DNA of 64,000 nt from Lama guanicoe. Lineage: Eukaryota. Both the position numbers and the translations under genes were made by a program. Positions within the stretch are counted from its first letter, which is position 1, and every line of letters starts with the position of its first letter. Below are positions 52,351 through 64,000 of the stretch, piece after piece. The notes under the pieces were generated by a model that saw only the letters and a program-made list of their open reading frames with translations, did not search any database and was not told the DNA's origin. Where the stretch lies: NCBI GenBank assembly GCA_013239625.1, contig MU054212.1:1488001-1552000 (forward strand), in the 5' to 3' direction.

Positions 52351-52729
52351 TGTTAGAACTAAGACAACAGGGTCCAAATGGAGTCACTTATTCTAAGCCT
52401 TACATCACCAAACAGAACTATAATTCTGGCTTTCCCAAAAATGAAATCTTATACCCATCTATCAGAAATCACCTGATCAGCACAGTTAGGTCATCTGCCT
52501 AATGGACTCCTGCGGTCTTCTAACAAAAGGAACTTGGCAATAACCAATCTGCCTTTCTTCCTAGTGTAACTTCCCTTTTCTTGTTCCCTTCTGTCTAAAA
52601 AAGTCTTTCACTTTGTACAGCTCCTTGGAGCTCATTTCTGTCTGCTAGATTGGATGCCCGATTCATGGATTGTTGAATAAAGTCAAAAAGATCTTTAAAA
52701 TGTACTCAATTGAATTTTGTTTTGTAACA
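52351..52729 (+). mobile_element. ERV1-class solo LTR (MER4/MER41-group-like)
   Basis: TG...CA ends; ccaaatggagtcactt; aataaa at ~52676; perfect 4-bp TSD GTGC at 52347-52350 and 52730-52733. Confidence 0.9.
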
Positions 52730-54574
52730 GTGCGTATATGTGTTTCCTTGCTAAAGTGTCAAAATCAGGTAGATTTTCTTCCAGAATTGTATGATTGTGG
52801 AGGTGCAACTAGGCAACCCTACAAATAACACATGATTTTGTATTTAGTTACTCTTCAGAATCCCTAGGAGAAAAATGGCTCAGGATAGAAAATGAAAGTA
52901 TGTTGAAAATTTTGGCAGGTTTCCTAGAAATCTGGAAGCATGAGCAAGCTGTGGAGAAGTGTTAAGGGGGTTAAACAGATATAAATAGACAAACTCATAC
53001 TAATGTTGAAGTGAATAGGGCAGGATGAACTATTTTGGGAGACCCCTGTGGCAGAAACTATTGATTACTTATCCCAAAGCAACCAGACCCTTCTTCCTTC
53101 CTGATAGATCACTGCATATGTTTAGAAATTGGGTTTATAGGAGCCTCAAAGACCCCTCTTGAGCCCTAGAGGCAACCACTGTTTGGAACAGTGCATAGTA
53201 AGAATGTGGTCTTTGAAAAATCAACACGATCAGAAAATAGTACTGATAAAGCAATTAAATAAAACAAGAGGTCAGACGACATAGTGTTTAGCTCCCAATT
53301 CCTTCAACATGCCTTGCTCTACTCCTTGGATCTTTCTGTCATGGAATAAATTAGCAATAACAAAAACAGTTTATGAAAACTTTTGGGGAAAAGTATTGAA
53401 CAAACCTTGGGCACTGTGAGTGAAATGTTCTTTTCTGAAATTCATACATGTGAAATTTAGCCATTGGGATTCTTATTTTACAAAGCAAAGAGTGAAATAT
53501 ATTGAGACCTCTGTTTAAGCCGACCAAAAATTAGAAATTGAGGAGAGAACTGTCACTTGTTTCTAATTGATATACTTTGAGTTATCACATTCTGTTTAAG
53601 AATATTCATCCATATGTCATCTTGAGCCAAGCTATGAGTATATGCCATTTGTCATAAAGGTGGAGTCAATAATGAGAGTTTTCTGATTAGTAATTAGAAA
53701 TAAGTAGATAGGGTTTACTAAAGCGACTTAGGCTGTACTTTGTATTGTAGGCATGTACTTTATAATAAACTTATCAGGCAATGTCCTTTTGAATTTACTT
53801 TAACATTGAGAGCCTTCATAAGGAAGAAAAAATGATGAAGTCTGGATGTATAAAGTTTACTATTGTAAAAAAAATAGAATTTAGGAAAGATTGGTTAGAT
53901 ATGTATTAAGTTAAATGTATATGGGGTACTAGTGACAAGCAGGTCACAGAAAATGACTATAATTATAGGAGGACCTTATTCCCAGGCTTTCCAAGTCTAA
54001 TTCAGTTTCAAATACATTGTCCTATTGTAAGAACAATGTGAATTGATTTTTGGCTTGGGAAGGAAGGTCTGTCTGAGGATGCCATGTCCATTAACTCTGC
54101 CCTGCAGCAAGCACTCAAGTTGCTTGTGGGGGTGAGTGGGAAGGGAGAGTAGATGGAGGGGAACCGGGGGAGCACCTGGATCTACGGCCCAGAGGGACCT
54201 TCTCCCTAGACTTCTCCACCCCCTGCAGTGGTCGCCTGCTCTTGGGTGCGAAGAGTGTTCCCCTTTTTTTCCTCCTCATACCATCCTTCATCTTCTACTT
54301 CTGGGAAAAGGTTATAGGACAAGTTTGGCCTCTTCACTGATCTCTCTCCATCTGAAACTTGGGCCCTGCCAACCCCATATGTTGTTCTGTGATCAGTACA
54401 AGGAAGGCAATACTGGAGGAAATAAGTCTGCAGGAAGCTCATAGAACAAGTACCTTGAAATATAACCCAAAGAATTGTGTTAGAATAGGTTCTCATTTCC
54501 TTCTTGAATCCTCAAAAGAAGAGGTTGGAGGGAGGGGAAACATTTTATACTTAGAAAATGACAGTTACTTTTAG

Positions 54575-54810
54575 AGTGGGACACCTGGAGAAAGAATGAG
54601 TTTCAGATGCAGACAGAACTAGGTTTGAATATAGGTCTCACTTGTTGTATGATCTTGAACTTCAACATTGCTGAATCTCAGTTTCATCCACTCTAAAAAT
54701 GAGAATTCTGATGCCCTTGCACAGTTGTGGTCATCAAGGTGGAGGGATAGCATACCAGGAAGAACCCAGCACAACACCTGGTGCACAGTTAGTGTTCAGT
54801 AACTACTGGA
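54575..54810 (+). mobile_element. MIR SINE
   Basis: cagacagaactaggtttgaat...tgaatctcagtttcatccactctaaaaatgag...cctggtgcacagttagtgttcagtaa. Confidence 0.75.
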
Positions 54811-57289
54811 AAAGAAATCAAGGATTCTGCTACCTGGTAATCTAAAAGTGACATGAAAATATGCTTTGAAAGGACACAATTATGAGAAAAGGCTGTATTT
54901 TTGATAAAATGCAACCTGAAACCCACCAGATAATAAAATGAATTACAAGACATAGCAAACTCAAGGATCTAATTGCCACACTGAGAGAGGAAGCTTTTAC
55001 TTTCATGATTGTGCTCTGAATTAGGGCATTTGATTGATTAGGTTCCTAAGAAGATGGCTTTTTGAAGCCCCATTTATGATTTAGTAGCAACATTATTAAA
55101 GAGTTAGTGTCCTTTCCCCTTGTGTGTCTTGGGGTTGACCATGAATCTTACCTTGAGAATCTCTCAAGTGAAAAAGGTTTTTAGGTATTAAACTGGATGT
55201 CTTTCCAGGGAAGTCTGCTCAGTTTGTTATGGGCAGCAACACAGAATCCAAGCTGATCTACCTTTTCTGCATTTTTTTTTTCAGTTTAAGGCAGCTCTGT
55301 GGAATTGTGTTTCTCTGTAGGATGATTTCCTTAGCACTGATAGAGTCATACATTTTCTAGTTGCTCTAGTTTTTTGCTCATTTTTTTGTTTTGTTTTATT
55401 TTGTGAAACTGGATCATTTTAGGAAAACTGAGTAAGTGAGTCACTAGAGTTGTCTTTGGGATTGGTTTTCTCTTAAGAACCCTCAGGAATGGAGAGTTGA
55501 AAGTGACAGCATTGGCATGTGAATCGTATGGCTGAGGCAGGGGTGACAAACATCACGGGCTGGTCATTGTTTATATCAGTCGGAGTCATGAAACACAGAC
55601 CATCTCTCTGGGCTGAGGATGAAATCACCTCCAAGGCATCAGCAAGGCTCTCAGTTACCTGGTGCCAAAGGAGACTGATGGAGGGTGGCCACAATACACT
55701 GGTGTTTGAGCCCATCATGACCTTTGTCAAGGTAGATGGGCTGAAGTGTGAGCTTCCCAGCACTCCAGCTGCTCCTGAGATGCCTTTCCTGGAGGAGGAA
55801 TTCTTCCTGGTTGGCTATCTGAGGGCATATCTGGTGTCTAACTCATGAGAAAAGGATTTTTTTTAAAAAGAAAGCAAAGAACATAAGACTTTGGCCACTA
55901 CGCAGACATGGCTGCTCATTTGGAAGTCATGCCTACTACTCCCTGATGTTATTCATTGCTTACGTGACATAGGACTTGAATCTGGGCCACTTACTGTCAA
56001 GTTTCCAAGGGTGTAGATACCATTAAGGAAAAACACCTCAAATGCCAATTTTTATATAGATGAACAATGAGAACAATGAGGATAAGTCATAGAAATCAAT
56101 GAACACACTTACATTTTGCAACAATTATAATAACCCCTATGACTAATAATTGTAGATTTTGCTGTTCAACCAGTTGAGCAAAACGATGGATAGTACTTGA
56201 TCTACAGTGACTTTCAGCAACACCTCCATCGGCTCTGTTGTCATATGTGGGCTGCTGCTGCGCCAGGTCAAAGACACACCATCCTAAGGTGCCAACGTCA
56301 CCTCTACTCTAGTCACTCCTGTTTTTAAGGTTCTTAGCATATTTTTTTCTGGGGCAAGAATCAACAAGTATTCTTCCACTTGATAGTGGAGTCAGGTGGG
56401 GTCCACACATGCAGGTGGGCTCAGGGACAGCCAGCAAAACAGTGGGAAAGATAAGGGCTTTTCTAGATAGAGCTTCACCTGCTCCCCGAGCTGTTACCAT
56501 TTTTGGTTGTCCATGGAGGCAACCACTCCACCAATGACAGATGCTTGAAATCATATTATTCAAATGCCATCCTTTAAGAATTTTAATCCTATTAAAAATG
56601 AATGATTGCAAATACATGTGACCTTTTATCTTCATGTATCTTCGTAATTATTTATCTATTCCAAGTAATATGTAATGTATTTCTTGGTAGTGCTTAATGT
56701 GTCTGAAGAAAATATTAATGCTGTAAGGATTTAGAACAAACTAATAATCTGATTTTGTTCTCTTGTAATGAGGTTAAGGTTAAATGATTTTCTGAGGTCA
56801 CTATTCACTAATTCCATTTTTCAGTGAATATCTATGCTGCTCCTCCCACGTTCCAAACATTGGGCTGGGGGCTATTGATGAAAACTGAAGGGCGATGGAT
56901 AAGGCATGGTCTGTCTTCAAGGAGCTCACAGTCTAGAAGGGAAGCAGACCCACATCAATAATCACAACTGAGTGTGGCACGTTGGCAACAAAGGGAGGCA
57001 CTGGGTGATGGGCAAGGCTGGGACAAGGACCCTGAGTCCCAGCCCAGCGTGGTTGCTGCTTGTGTATGAGCCCCTTATCCTTGTGTGGGGGAGGACTTAG
57101 GAGTTCTTGGGAAAAGTAACACTTCAGTGATCCGAGATGCTCTGTACAGCATAAAGAGCTTCATTAAAGCAGATTTATTTATACTTTTCTTATATACTGT
57201 TAGTTTCAAGCTCTTATTAACAATGATTAACCTGCCTACCAAAATTAAGAAATAACTTTATATGAATACATGCTTTTTAATTCACAGTG

Positions 57290-57480
57290 GGCTGGATCTC
57301 ACTTGCATTTTCTCATAGAACTCCAATTACCCTATGAGGTGAGTTGAATGAGCTTAGTTACTATTATCTCCATTTTTCAGATGAGAGATCTGAGGCACAG
57401 AAAAGTTAAGGACATTCCTTAGGTCATAGAGCTAATTAATTGGAAGATTGAAAGATGTAAACCTAGGCCTTTCAGACTGC
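57290..57480 (-). mobile_element. MIR SINE
   Basis: attatctccatttttcagatgagagatctgaggcacagaaaagttaagg. Confidence 0.85.
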
Positions 57481-58120
57481 TTGGACCATGAGTTTTCATA
57501 GTCCATATTACATAGAACTTCTTAGTCTCACATCACAGGTGGGCTTAATAGGTAACCTGTGCTGATCATTTCTTCCTTTTGGAGACTCTGGTCCCTTGGA
57601 TCCTGCAGTACCTCATTCTGCACATTTCTTGTATATTTATGATTATTCTTTCCCAGTCTCCAAGGAGCTCTTTTTCCTCTACCCACCAGGTAAATGCTGG
57701 TGTCCCCCCAGGGTCTGTCCTTGACCTGTTGTCTCTCTTCACACTCTCTGGCCAATTACATACATTTTTACAGCATCAGTACTGCATGAAGTAACAGTTC
57801 TTAAATGTACATCTTCTGACTCTGATCTCTTTCCCAAGCATCAGACTTAACTATACCAGCTGCCTGACGGACGACTCCCCTGATGTCAGCAAGTACCCAT
57901 TCCCTCTGAACCCTTCTTCCTTCCACTTGGCACTGGAAGCTCTGCCTTTATTCTTAAGTCACTTCATATCAGCACCACTGACCCGGTCACCCAAGCTCAA
58001 AATCCATGAGTTTCTTTCCTCTTCTTTTTTCATCACATCTAACTGGATCACCACAGTCCCCTAAACAGAAGTTTTGAAATCCATTCCCTCTTTCTCATTT
58101 ATGCTGCCACTGCCTTGTGT
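57480..58120 (+). mobile_element. L2 LINE fragment
   Basis: taaatgctggtgtcccccagggtctgtccttgacc (GVPPGSVL, a decayed RT GVPQGS motif)...ggtcacccaagctcaaaatcc...gctgccactgcc. Confidence 0.75.
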
Positions 58121-59060
58121 ATTTAAGTGGGTTCTCTGTGTACGTGAGGGTTTCTTGAGAGCATATTGAGGAAAAGGGCGAGTGATATACCTACTTATGC
58201 AATTCCCTCACTAATTTACTCCAAAAAATTTATTGAGACAAATAAATCTCACTGCTACTGGGGAAAATTGTGTTGATCCTTTTGAAAAAATTAAAATTGA
58301 CCTGGAAACCCTAGCCTTTCTCATACTGTCTCGATTAATTAACTATGTATTACATAGTGGTTTCAGATTGGGTATTTAGCTGTTATGTAGTCGGAGAGCA
58401 AAGATCCAATGACAGTTTTTATCCATCACTCCCAAAGTAACCTCTCTCAACACTGCCACCTAGGATTCTGCTGAACAAATGCTTAAGGCTTGATCCAGAA
58501 GATGTTTTGGGCACTTATAAGTCATTGAGTTATCAGACTTTTCCAAATGCAAATGTAAAAATTCTAACCTGCAGTAAGGTCTCAGCAAAAATGTTAGTAT
58601 GTCTTTGGTAATTCTAGCAGTAAATTTTTTCTTCTTTGTCAACTTATTTATGTGAAATGCTTGTAATTTATAAAATTAGGTTTTCTTTAATAATATATTT
58701 ATAAACATATTCAGTATCGTATTTATAGAGTAGTCTTTGCTAAAATGAATAAAGATAATCAGAATTGGAACTGTCTTGGGAATAAGCAAGCTAAGAAATT
58801 CCTGCAGAAGAATAGATTTCCTTTAACTAGTCAACTCCTTTGATGCAATTAAAATGTGATTCATTTTCCAAAATACTGAAGTATAAATACATTTCAGGAA
58901 CATATACTATGTGTCAAGTAAAGTATATCTATTATATATTATAGTAGTGAGGAATTTATTCATGCTAAAAAATGGGCTGATTGTGAGGATTTATATTCTT
59001 ATCTTGGTTGGCCTAGAACTTTGATGTTTGGTGTATCCAAAGTTTATCAGGAAAAAGAAG

Positions 59061-59542
59061 TGTGGTGGATTAAAGATGATTATAAATTCCTTGCCTTCCA
59101 TCTTTCACTGTTTCTGCTCCTCTTGAATCCAGGATGACCCTGTGACCAGTTCTGACTGATAGAATGTGACAGAAATGACTCTGTATTTCTGAAGTTGGGG
59201 CTCAGGAGTTCTGCGGCTTTCACTTTCCCTGGTTGGGAAGCCAGGATCCATGTCAAAAGTGTGATGGTACTAGCATGCTGCAAGGAAGCCCAAGCTAGCC
59301 ACATGGCCACCAGGAGGTCCTGAGGTGCCAACTGTGTATCTGGAACCTTCTGGAACTTCTAGCTCAGTTGGGCCGTTGATTCAATGCCTCTGACTGAGCA
59401 CCTGATCCCAACCAATACAGGGAAATTACTCCGCTGTCTGTCTAAACTCCTGACCCATACAATTGTGAGCAAGTAAAAGCAGCTGTTTTTAAGCCCCTGT
59501 GTTTTGGGATAGTTTGTTACACAGCAATAGATAATAAAAAAC
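59061..59542 (+). mobile_element. MaLR LTR (MLT1F/G/H-like)
   Basis: tgtggtggattaaagatg...aggaagcccaagctagccacatgg...ttttaagcccctgtgttttgggatagtttgttacacagcaatagataa. Confidence 0.85.
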
Positions 59543-59864
59543 AATTGGCTCATACCAGCTACCATCTTTCCCCCAGGAAGGTTTACTTAGGAAATCAAAT
59601 CTCCTGATGAATAAAGGAATCAGGGCAGAGAAAATGTCTTCAAGGATATCCAGGCCTACACTTCCCAGGCTTTTCCTCATTGGATCCAGGTATCATCTCC
59701 CCTTGCCAGTATGAGAAACCATTGCTTTCAGTTTGTCTCCTCATAAGTCTCATTTCCCATTGTTATTAGATTTTTTTTGTCAGTTCTTCTGATTAATGTA
59801 AGTTTTATATCAAATTATAACAGGTTTGTGTCAGGCAGTGGGCCTTCAGTAGATACTGAACAGG

Positions 59865-60400
59865 GCCATTCAACAAAATGTAGTGAGTCCCTGCCTTGTG
59901 TGAGACACTGAGCTGGGTACCAAGGGCACAAGCACGAATATGCAGGTATGATCTGATCCCTCCCTCACCGGGCTTATAATTTATTAATTTATTAGGGGGA
60001 GCAAGGTCACATTCAGATAATCATAATTCAATTCAGACTCTGATGCTAGCCTGGGAACACAGGAGTGCTTATTTCTGGCCTGGTGGGAGATTTCATAGGG
60101 AGAGTCACATTCCATCTGGGCCCTGGAGAGTGAGGAGTTTGGCAGGAGGGCAGTTTATCAAAGTCATTCCAACCGGAAGGAACAGTATGAGTGAAAGTTT
60201 CTGATGAAATTGGGGGCCTGCAAGATGGCCAGTGAGGCTAGGACATAGCAAGAATTAGGAGCGATGAGCTTAGAAAGGTAGGTTGGGATCTGATAGTGCA
60301 AGTCTTTGGATACTCATTCCTTAGAAAGGAGTTAGAAATTTGTCCTTTTAAAAATTATTGAGCTACGGAAGGTTGAAGGGAGAGGTGGTCACATCTGTGT
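59865..60400 (-). mobile_element. L2 LINE fragment
   Basis: cattcaacaaaatgtagtgagtccctg...gacactgagctggg...gatgagcttagaaaggtaggttggg. Confidence 0.7.
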
Positions 60401-61127
60401 TCATACACCAGTGGTCGTGGGTCTTCTTTTTCCTCCCATCCCATGTACTGGAGCCCTTCATTCATAGTCAGAAGAGATCCTGGGGAAGGGAAAAATAGGT
60501 AATTGAAAGCAGGACCTTAGAGGAAGGCTGCTTGATAACCTGAGAAGTAGCTTATCACTTTACCAATTAAACATAGGGAAATATATTCAAATGCTTTTTG
60601 TTCAATTGTTTTAAAAACAAAAAGAGTGACCAACTCTTAGAAAGTGTAATAACATTTGCAGAAAGTGAGAAGATGTAACTTTGGGGAGATCTTTTTCCTG
60701 GTCCCAGAGATCAGAGTAGGGCTGGTTCTCAAAGCTCTCAGAAAGGTCTTTGTTGTGGGGGAAGGTAGCAGTTTCCCAACCTGTGTCATGTCGTGTGCCA
60801 GGAATAATTACATATCCTCTCAATCACAAAGTAAACATTGCTTCTTGCCAAGTGTCCCCTTTCGCCTGAGTTTATTTAGAAAGGATTCTCTGAGGTCTTT
60901 GTAAGCTGTGCTTGTTTACATTTTTTCAGTATGATTATTGACAAACAGCTTGCTATCTGGTCATGTTTAGTGTGAGAAGTGAGGTTGAGGATCTGGATTC
61001 TGTCATTGACTTGCTGAGCTGTACACCCTCAGGGTAAAGAATGGGTCTTCCCCTGCCCTTAAGGAGCAAATAGTGCAGCAGGGGAGAAGGATGTGGCATG
61101 ATGTGGAAGTCCAGAGGTAAAGATCTT

Positions 61128-61640
61128 TTTAAAAGAATATAATATAATCTATTTATTTTATTTTATTTTTTATTGAAGCATAGTCAGTTTATAATGTGTT
61201 AACTTCTGGTGTAGAGCATAGTTATTAAGTTATACATATATATGTATATATTTCTTTTCATATTCTTTTTCATTATAGGCTGTAACAAGGTACTGAATGT
61301 AGTGCCCTGTGCTATACAGTAGGGCTTTGCTGCTTATTTATTTTATATATGGTAGTTAGTATCTGCAAATCCCCAGCCCCCAGTTTACCCCTTCCTACCC
61401 CTTCTTCCCCCTCGGTAACCACAAATTTGTTTTCTATGTTCATGAGTCTGTTTCTGTTTTGTAAATAAGTTCCTTTGTCTCTCTCTCTCTCTTTTTTTTT
61501 AGATTACACTTGAAAGTGATACCATATGGTATTTTTCTTTTTCTTTCTGGCTTACTTCACTTAGTATGGCAATCTCCAGGTCTATCCATGTTGCTGTAAA
61601 TGGCATTATCTTATTCTTTTTTATGGCTGAGTAGTATTCC

Positions 61641-61684
<44 letters not shown>

Positions 61685-61807
61685 CCATGTCGTCTTTATC
61701 CAGTCATTTGTCAATGGACACAGAGGTTGCTTGCATGTCTTGGCTGTTGTAAATAGTGTTGCTATGAAAATTGGGGTGCATGTGTCTTTTTGAATTAGAC
61801 TTTTCTA
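61128..61807 (-). mobile_element. 5'-truncated L1 (ORF2 C-terminus + 3' UTR), cetartiodactyl/camelid type
   Basis: ORF 61499-61714 gives EYYSAIKKNKIMPFTATWIDLEIAILSEVSQKEK (L1 ORF2 end); perfect 16-bp TSD cagaggtaaagatctt at 61112-61127 and 61808-61823; TT/AAGA endonuclease site on minus. Confidence 0.95.
61645..61681. repeat. (TG)n microsatellite inside L1
   Basis: Uninterrupted TG run. Confidence 0.95.
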
Positions 61808-62654
61808 CAGAGGTAAAGATCTTAACTACCACTTTATTACCACCTTATAGAGATAAATTTATAGTTTTTTCCCTTTGTGTTATTTATTTTGGGATTTGTA
61901 TACAAGAATTAGGCTAGCTCTATAAAATGATTCACAAAACTTTTTTTTATGCCATGGAATATTTTGTATAAACTTAGGAATTATCTGTTTCTCGATAATG
62001 CATGCACAGTTGGTGGGAACATTTTATGGGTCTGATATCCTTCTTGCAGATAATTTGTTGACAGCCTTTTCCCCTCCTTGTATCTCCACTGATTATTTGT
62101 TTATTTAGGTTTCCTGCTTCTTTCCAAGGGAATTTTGACAATTTGTATTTTCTTGAAAATCAGACATTTCATCAAGACTTCAGAGTATCCTGTTGTCAGT
62201 GACTTCCTCTGTATCCGTTATATCCCTGTCTCACTCTTAATTCCATCTGTCTTAACATCTTTCATTTTTCTTTAATGAATTAACTACAGGACTGTCAAAT
62301 TTATTTATTTTGTGCTCCCTTTAACAGCAAGCACTTTCTCTTCTTGACAGGCAGTGGGCAGAGAACTGTTCTAATAGTTCCATCAAACACCATCTTGAGG
62401 CCCCCTCTGTGTGAGAGCTGGGCTTTCTAGGCACATAATTTTCAGCTTTGATATTATCTGTAGCTAAAGCTTTTGGCTGTGAGATGGGAGTCAACTTCTC
62501 CTTTAGTTTCGCAATCAGGAATTTATCATTCCTAAGATCACGTGTAGTTTCCACTGAAATGATGAAAGTGTTGGGAAAATGGAGTCACATTTCAGGACCC
62601 CACTTTGCGAATGATGCGAGACTAACAAAGGAAAAGCAAATTAAAAATATATCT

Positions 62655-62736
62655 GTTTGTATGTAAATGAATTACTTTGCTGTACACCTGAACCTAACAC
62701 AATATTGTAAATTATACTTCAATTAAAAAAAAAAAA
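62655..62736 (+). mobile_element. Very short L1 3' tail with poly(A)
   Basis: actttgctgtacacctgaacctaacacaatattgtaaattatacttcaatt followed by an A-run. Confidence 0.85.
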
Positions 62737-63404
62737 GAACCCATCTATTTGCAGATAGGGTAAGAGGTGTAGTCTGTTATAATCTTCTTGTCCAGCTTCT
62801 TGTCCCATAAATCCAGATCCTCTGTTTTTCCACATACCAGGAATTATATTCTCCAGGAAGTTATGTTCTCCAGGAAGTTATTGGCATGTAACTGAACAGT
62901 AGTAAAATTTTACCTGTAGCTCTGTCTTCCATCACCACACATCTACTGGCCTGCATCTGGGCCACTTGCTGGGTGGCTTGTGGCTGTGGCTAGGCACAGA
63001 GGCAAGAAGCAGTGGGTTCAGGGGTGCCAGAGCCTCTATCCACGCCACCTCACCCTCTGTAGGCCAGAAGTTGAAGCCTAGCAACAGACACCACCCAAAG
63101 AGCCCCATCTTTGCAGCTCAGTGGGGATTCTTTAAGGCCAGAACATCTCACTTGCCTGAAAGAAACAAACTTACAATAATAGAAGTTAAGAGAGATGGCA
63201 ATGGTGATAGATTGTTTGGTCTGCAGTCGTTTATCCAGTGTGATACAAATTACTGCAAGTAGTACAGCAAGACGTGCATCTAGAGTGGTTTTCATAAAAT
63301 GGACTATGGATGTGTGTACACCCAAGACAATGCTAGGGGCTCCATTTATAAACAACAATTTGAGTATCAGGCCCACTAGAGTACTTTTTTAAAAGAAAGA
63401 TTCA

Positions 63405-63690
63405 GCACAAGGTAGTAGAAGGACTTAGAATTGTAGTCACAGGGCAGGGATTTGAATCCCACTTCTATCATGAATGAATTTCTGACTCTGGTAAGTGTTT
63501 CTTAGTCTTGTTGAGCCTTAGTTGCAACATCTCTAAAATGGAAATAATAACACCTACCCACCAAGACTGTTGTAAAGATATAAATCAATGAAATTAAATG
63601 GAAAAAAAAGGTAAAGTGCCTTACAAACTGTAAAGTACCTTGGACATGAAAGTTATTCATGCAACAAGCATTTGTTAAGGGATTGCCATG
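63405..63690 (+). mobile_element. MIR SINE (near full length)
   Basis: ggatttgaatcccacttcta...tgagccttagttgcaacatctctaaaatggaaataataacacctacc. Confidence 0.85.
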
Positions 63691-64000
63691 CACATAAACT
63701 GTATTAAGGATTACAGCAATTTACCAGATTTCTTTAAATATCTCATACTATTTTAGCCTAACGGTTGAGAAGTTTCTGTGGGAAAGACTTTCTCTGAAAT
63801 AACTCTATTTTATATAGTATTTTCCCTGTACCGCATTAGCTGGATTCAAGAGATACATAACGATTTTAAAACATCAAGGAGCATGAAGATTTTCAACACT
63901 TGCTGTTTGCTTTTATTAATAAAAAGAGACCTGTGCCAAGGGTGTATGCTTCAGTGAGAAATAATGAGAGAAAATTGTTCATGGGCTTACTTGGTTAAGT

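Noticed and set aside
55473..55848. ORFs on both strands; DINNDQPV resembles a cadherin DxND motif
   Set aside because: The motif does not match properly, no other cadherin motifs are present, and there are no compatible splice sites.
56150..56235. IYSDFQQ translation resembling the CR1/L3 RT motif IYLDFQKAFD
   Set aside because: Too short and degenerate to call without a profile search.
62849..62882. 17-bp period tandem duplication ttctccaggaagttat
   Set aside because: An ordinary micro-duplication with no other supporting signal.

Overview
Non-coding mammalian DNA (gene desert or large intron). I find no supportable protein-coding gene; the ORF track is essentially noise except for decayed ERVL pol and an L1 ORF2 C-terminus. 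Much of the window is eutherian-wide repeats (MIR, L2, old L1M, MLT1/MLT2, hAT and Tigger MITEs). It also has three ERV1-type solo LTRs with intact 4-bp target-site duplications (TSDs), a decayed ERVL provirus carrying nested insertions (~29.3-34.1 kb), and cetartiodactyl-type L1 3' ends. I saw no ruminant, cetacean or pig SINEs, which points to a camelid (inference). The main observation is an old, locally duplicated non-repeat element. 19.9-20.4 kb is homologous to 36.4-36.8 kb plus 39.83-39.93 kb. The copies share a 59-nt core (54/59 identical), an identical 5' splice-site-like block, and a TAATTA + CAGCTG module with the same spacing, while the spacers have diverged. A weaker third copy may lie at ~9.3 kb. 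Repeat family names come from recalled consensus sequences, not a database search, and boundaries without a TSD are approximate.
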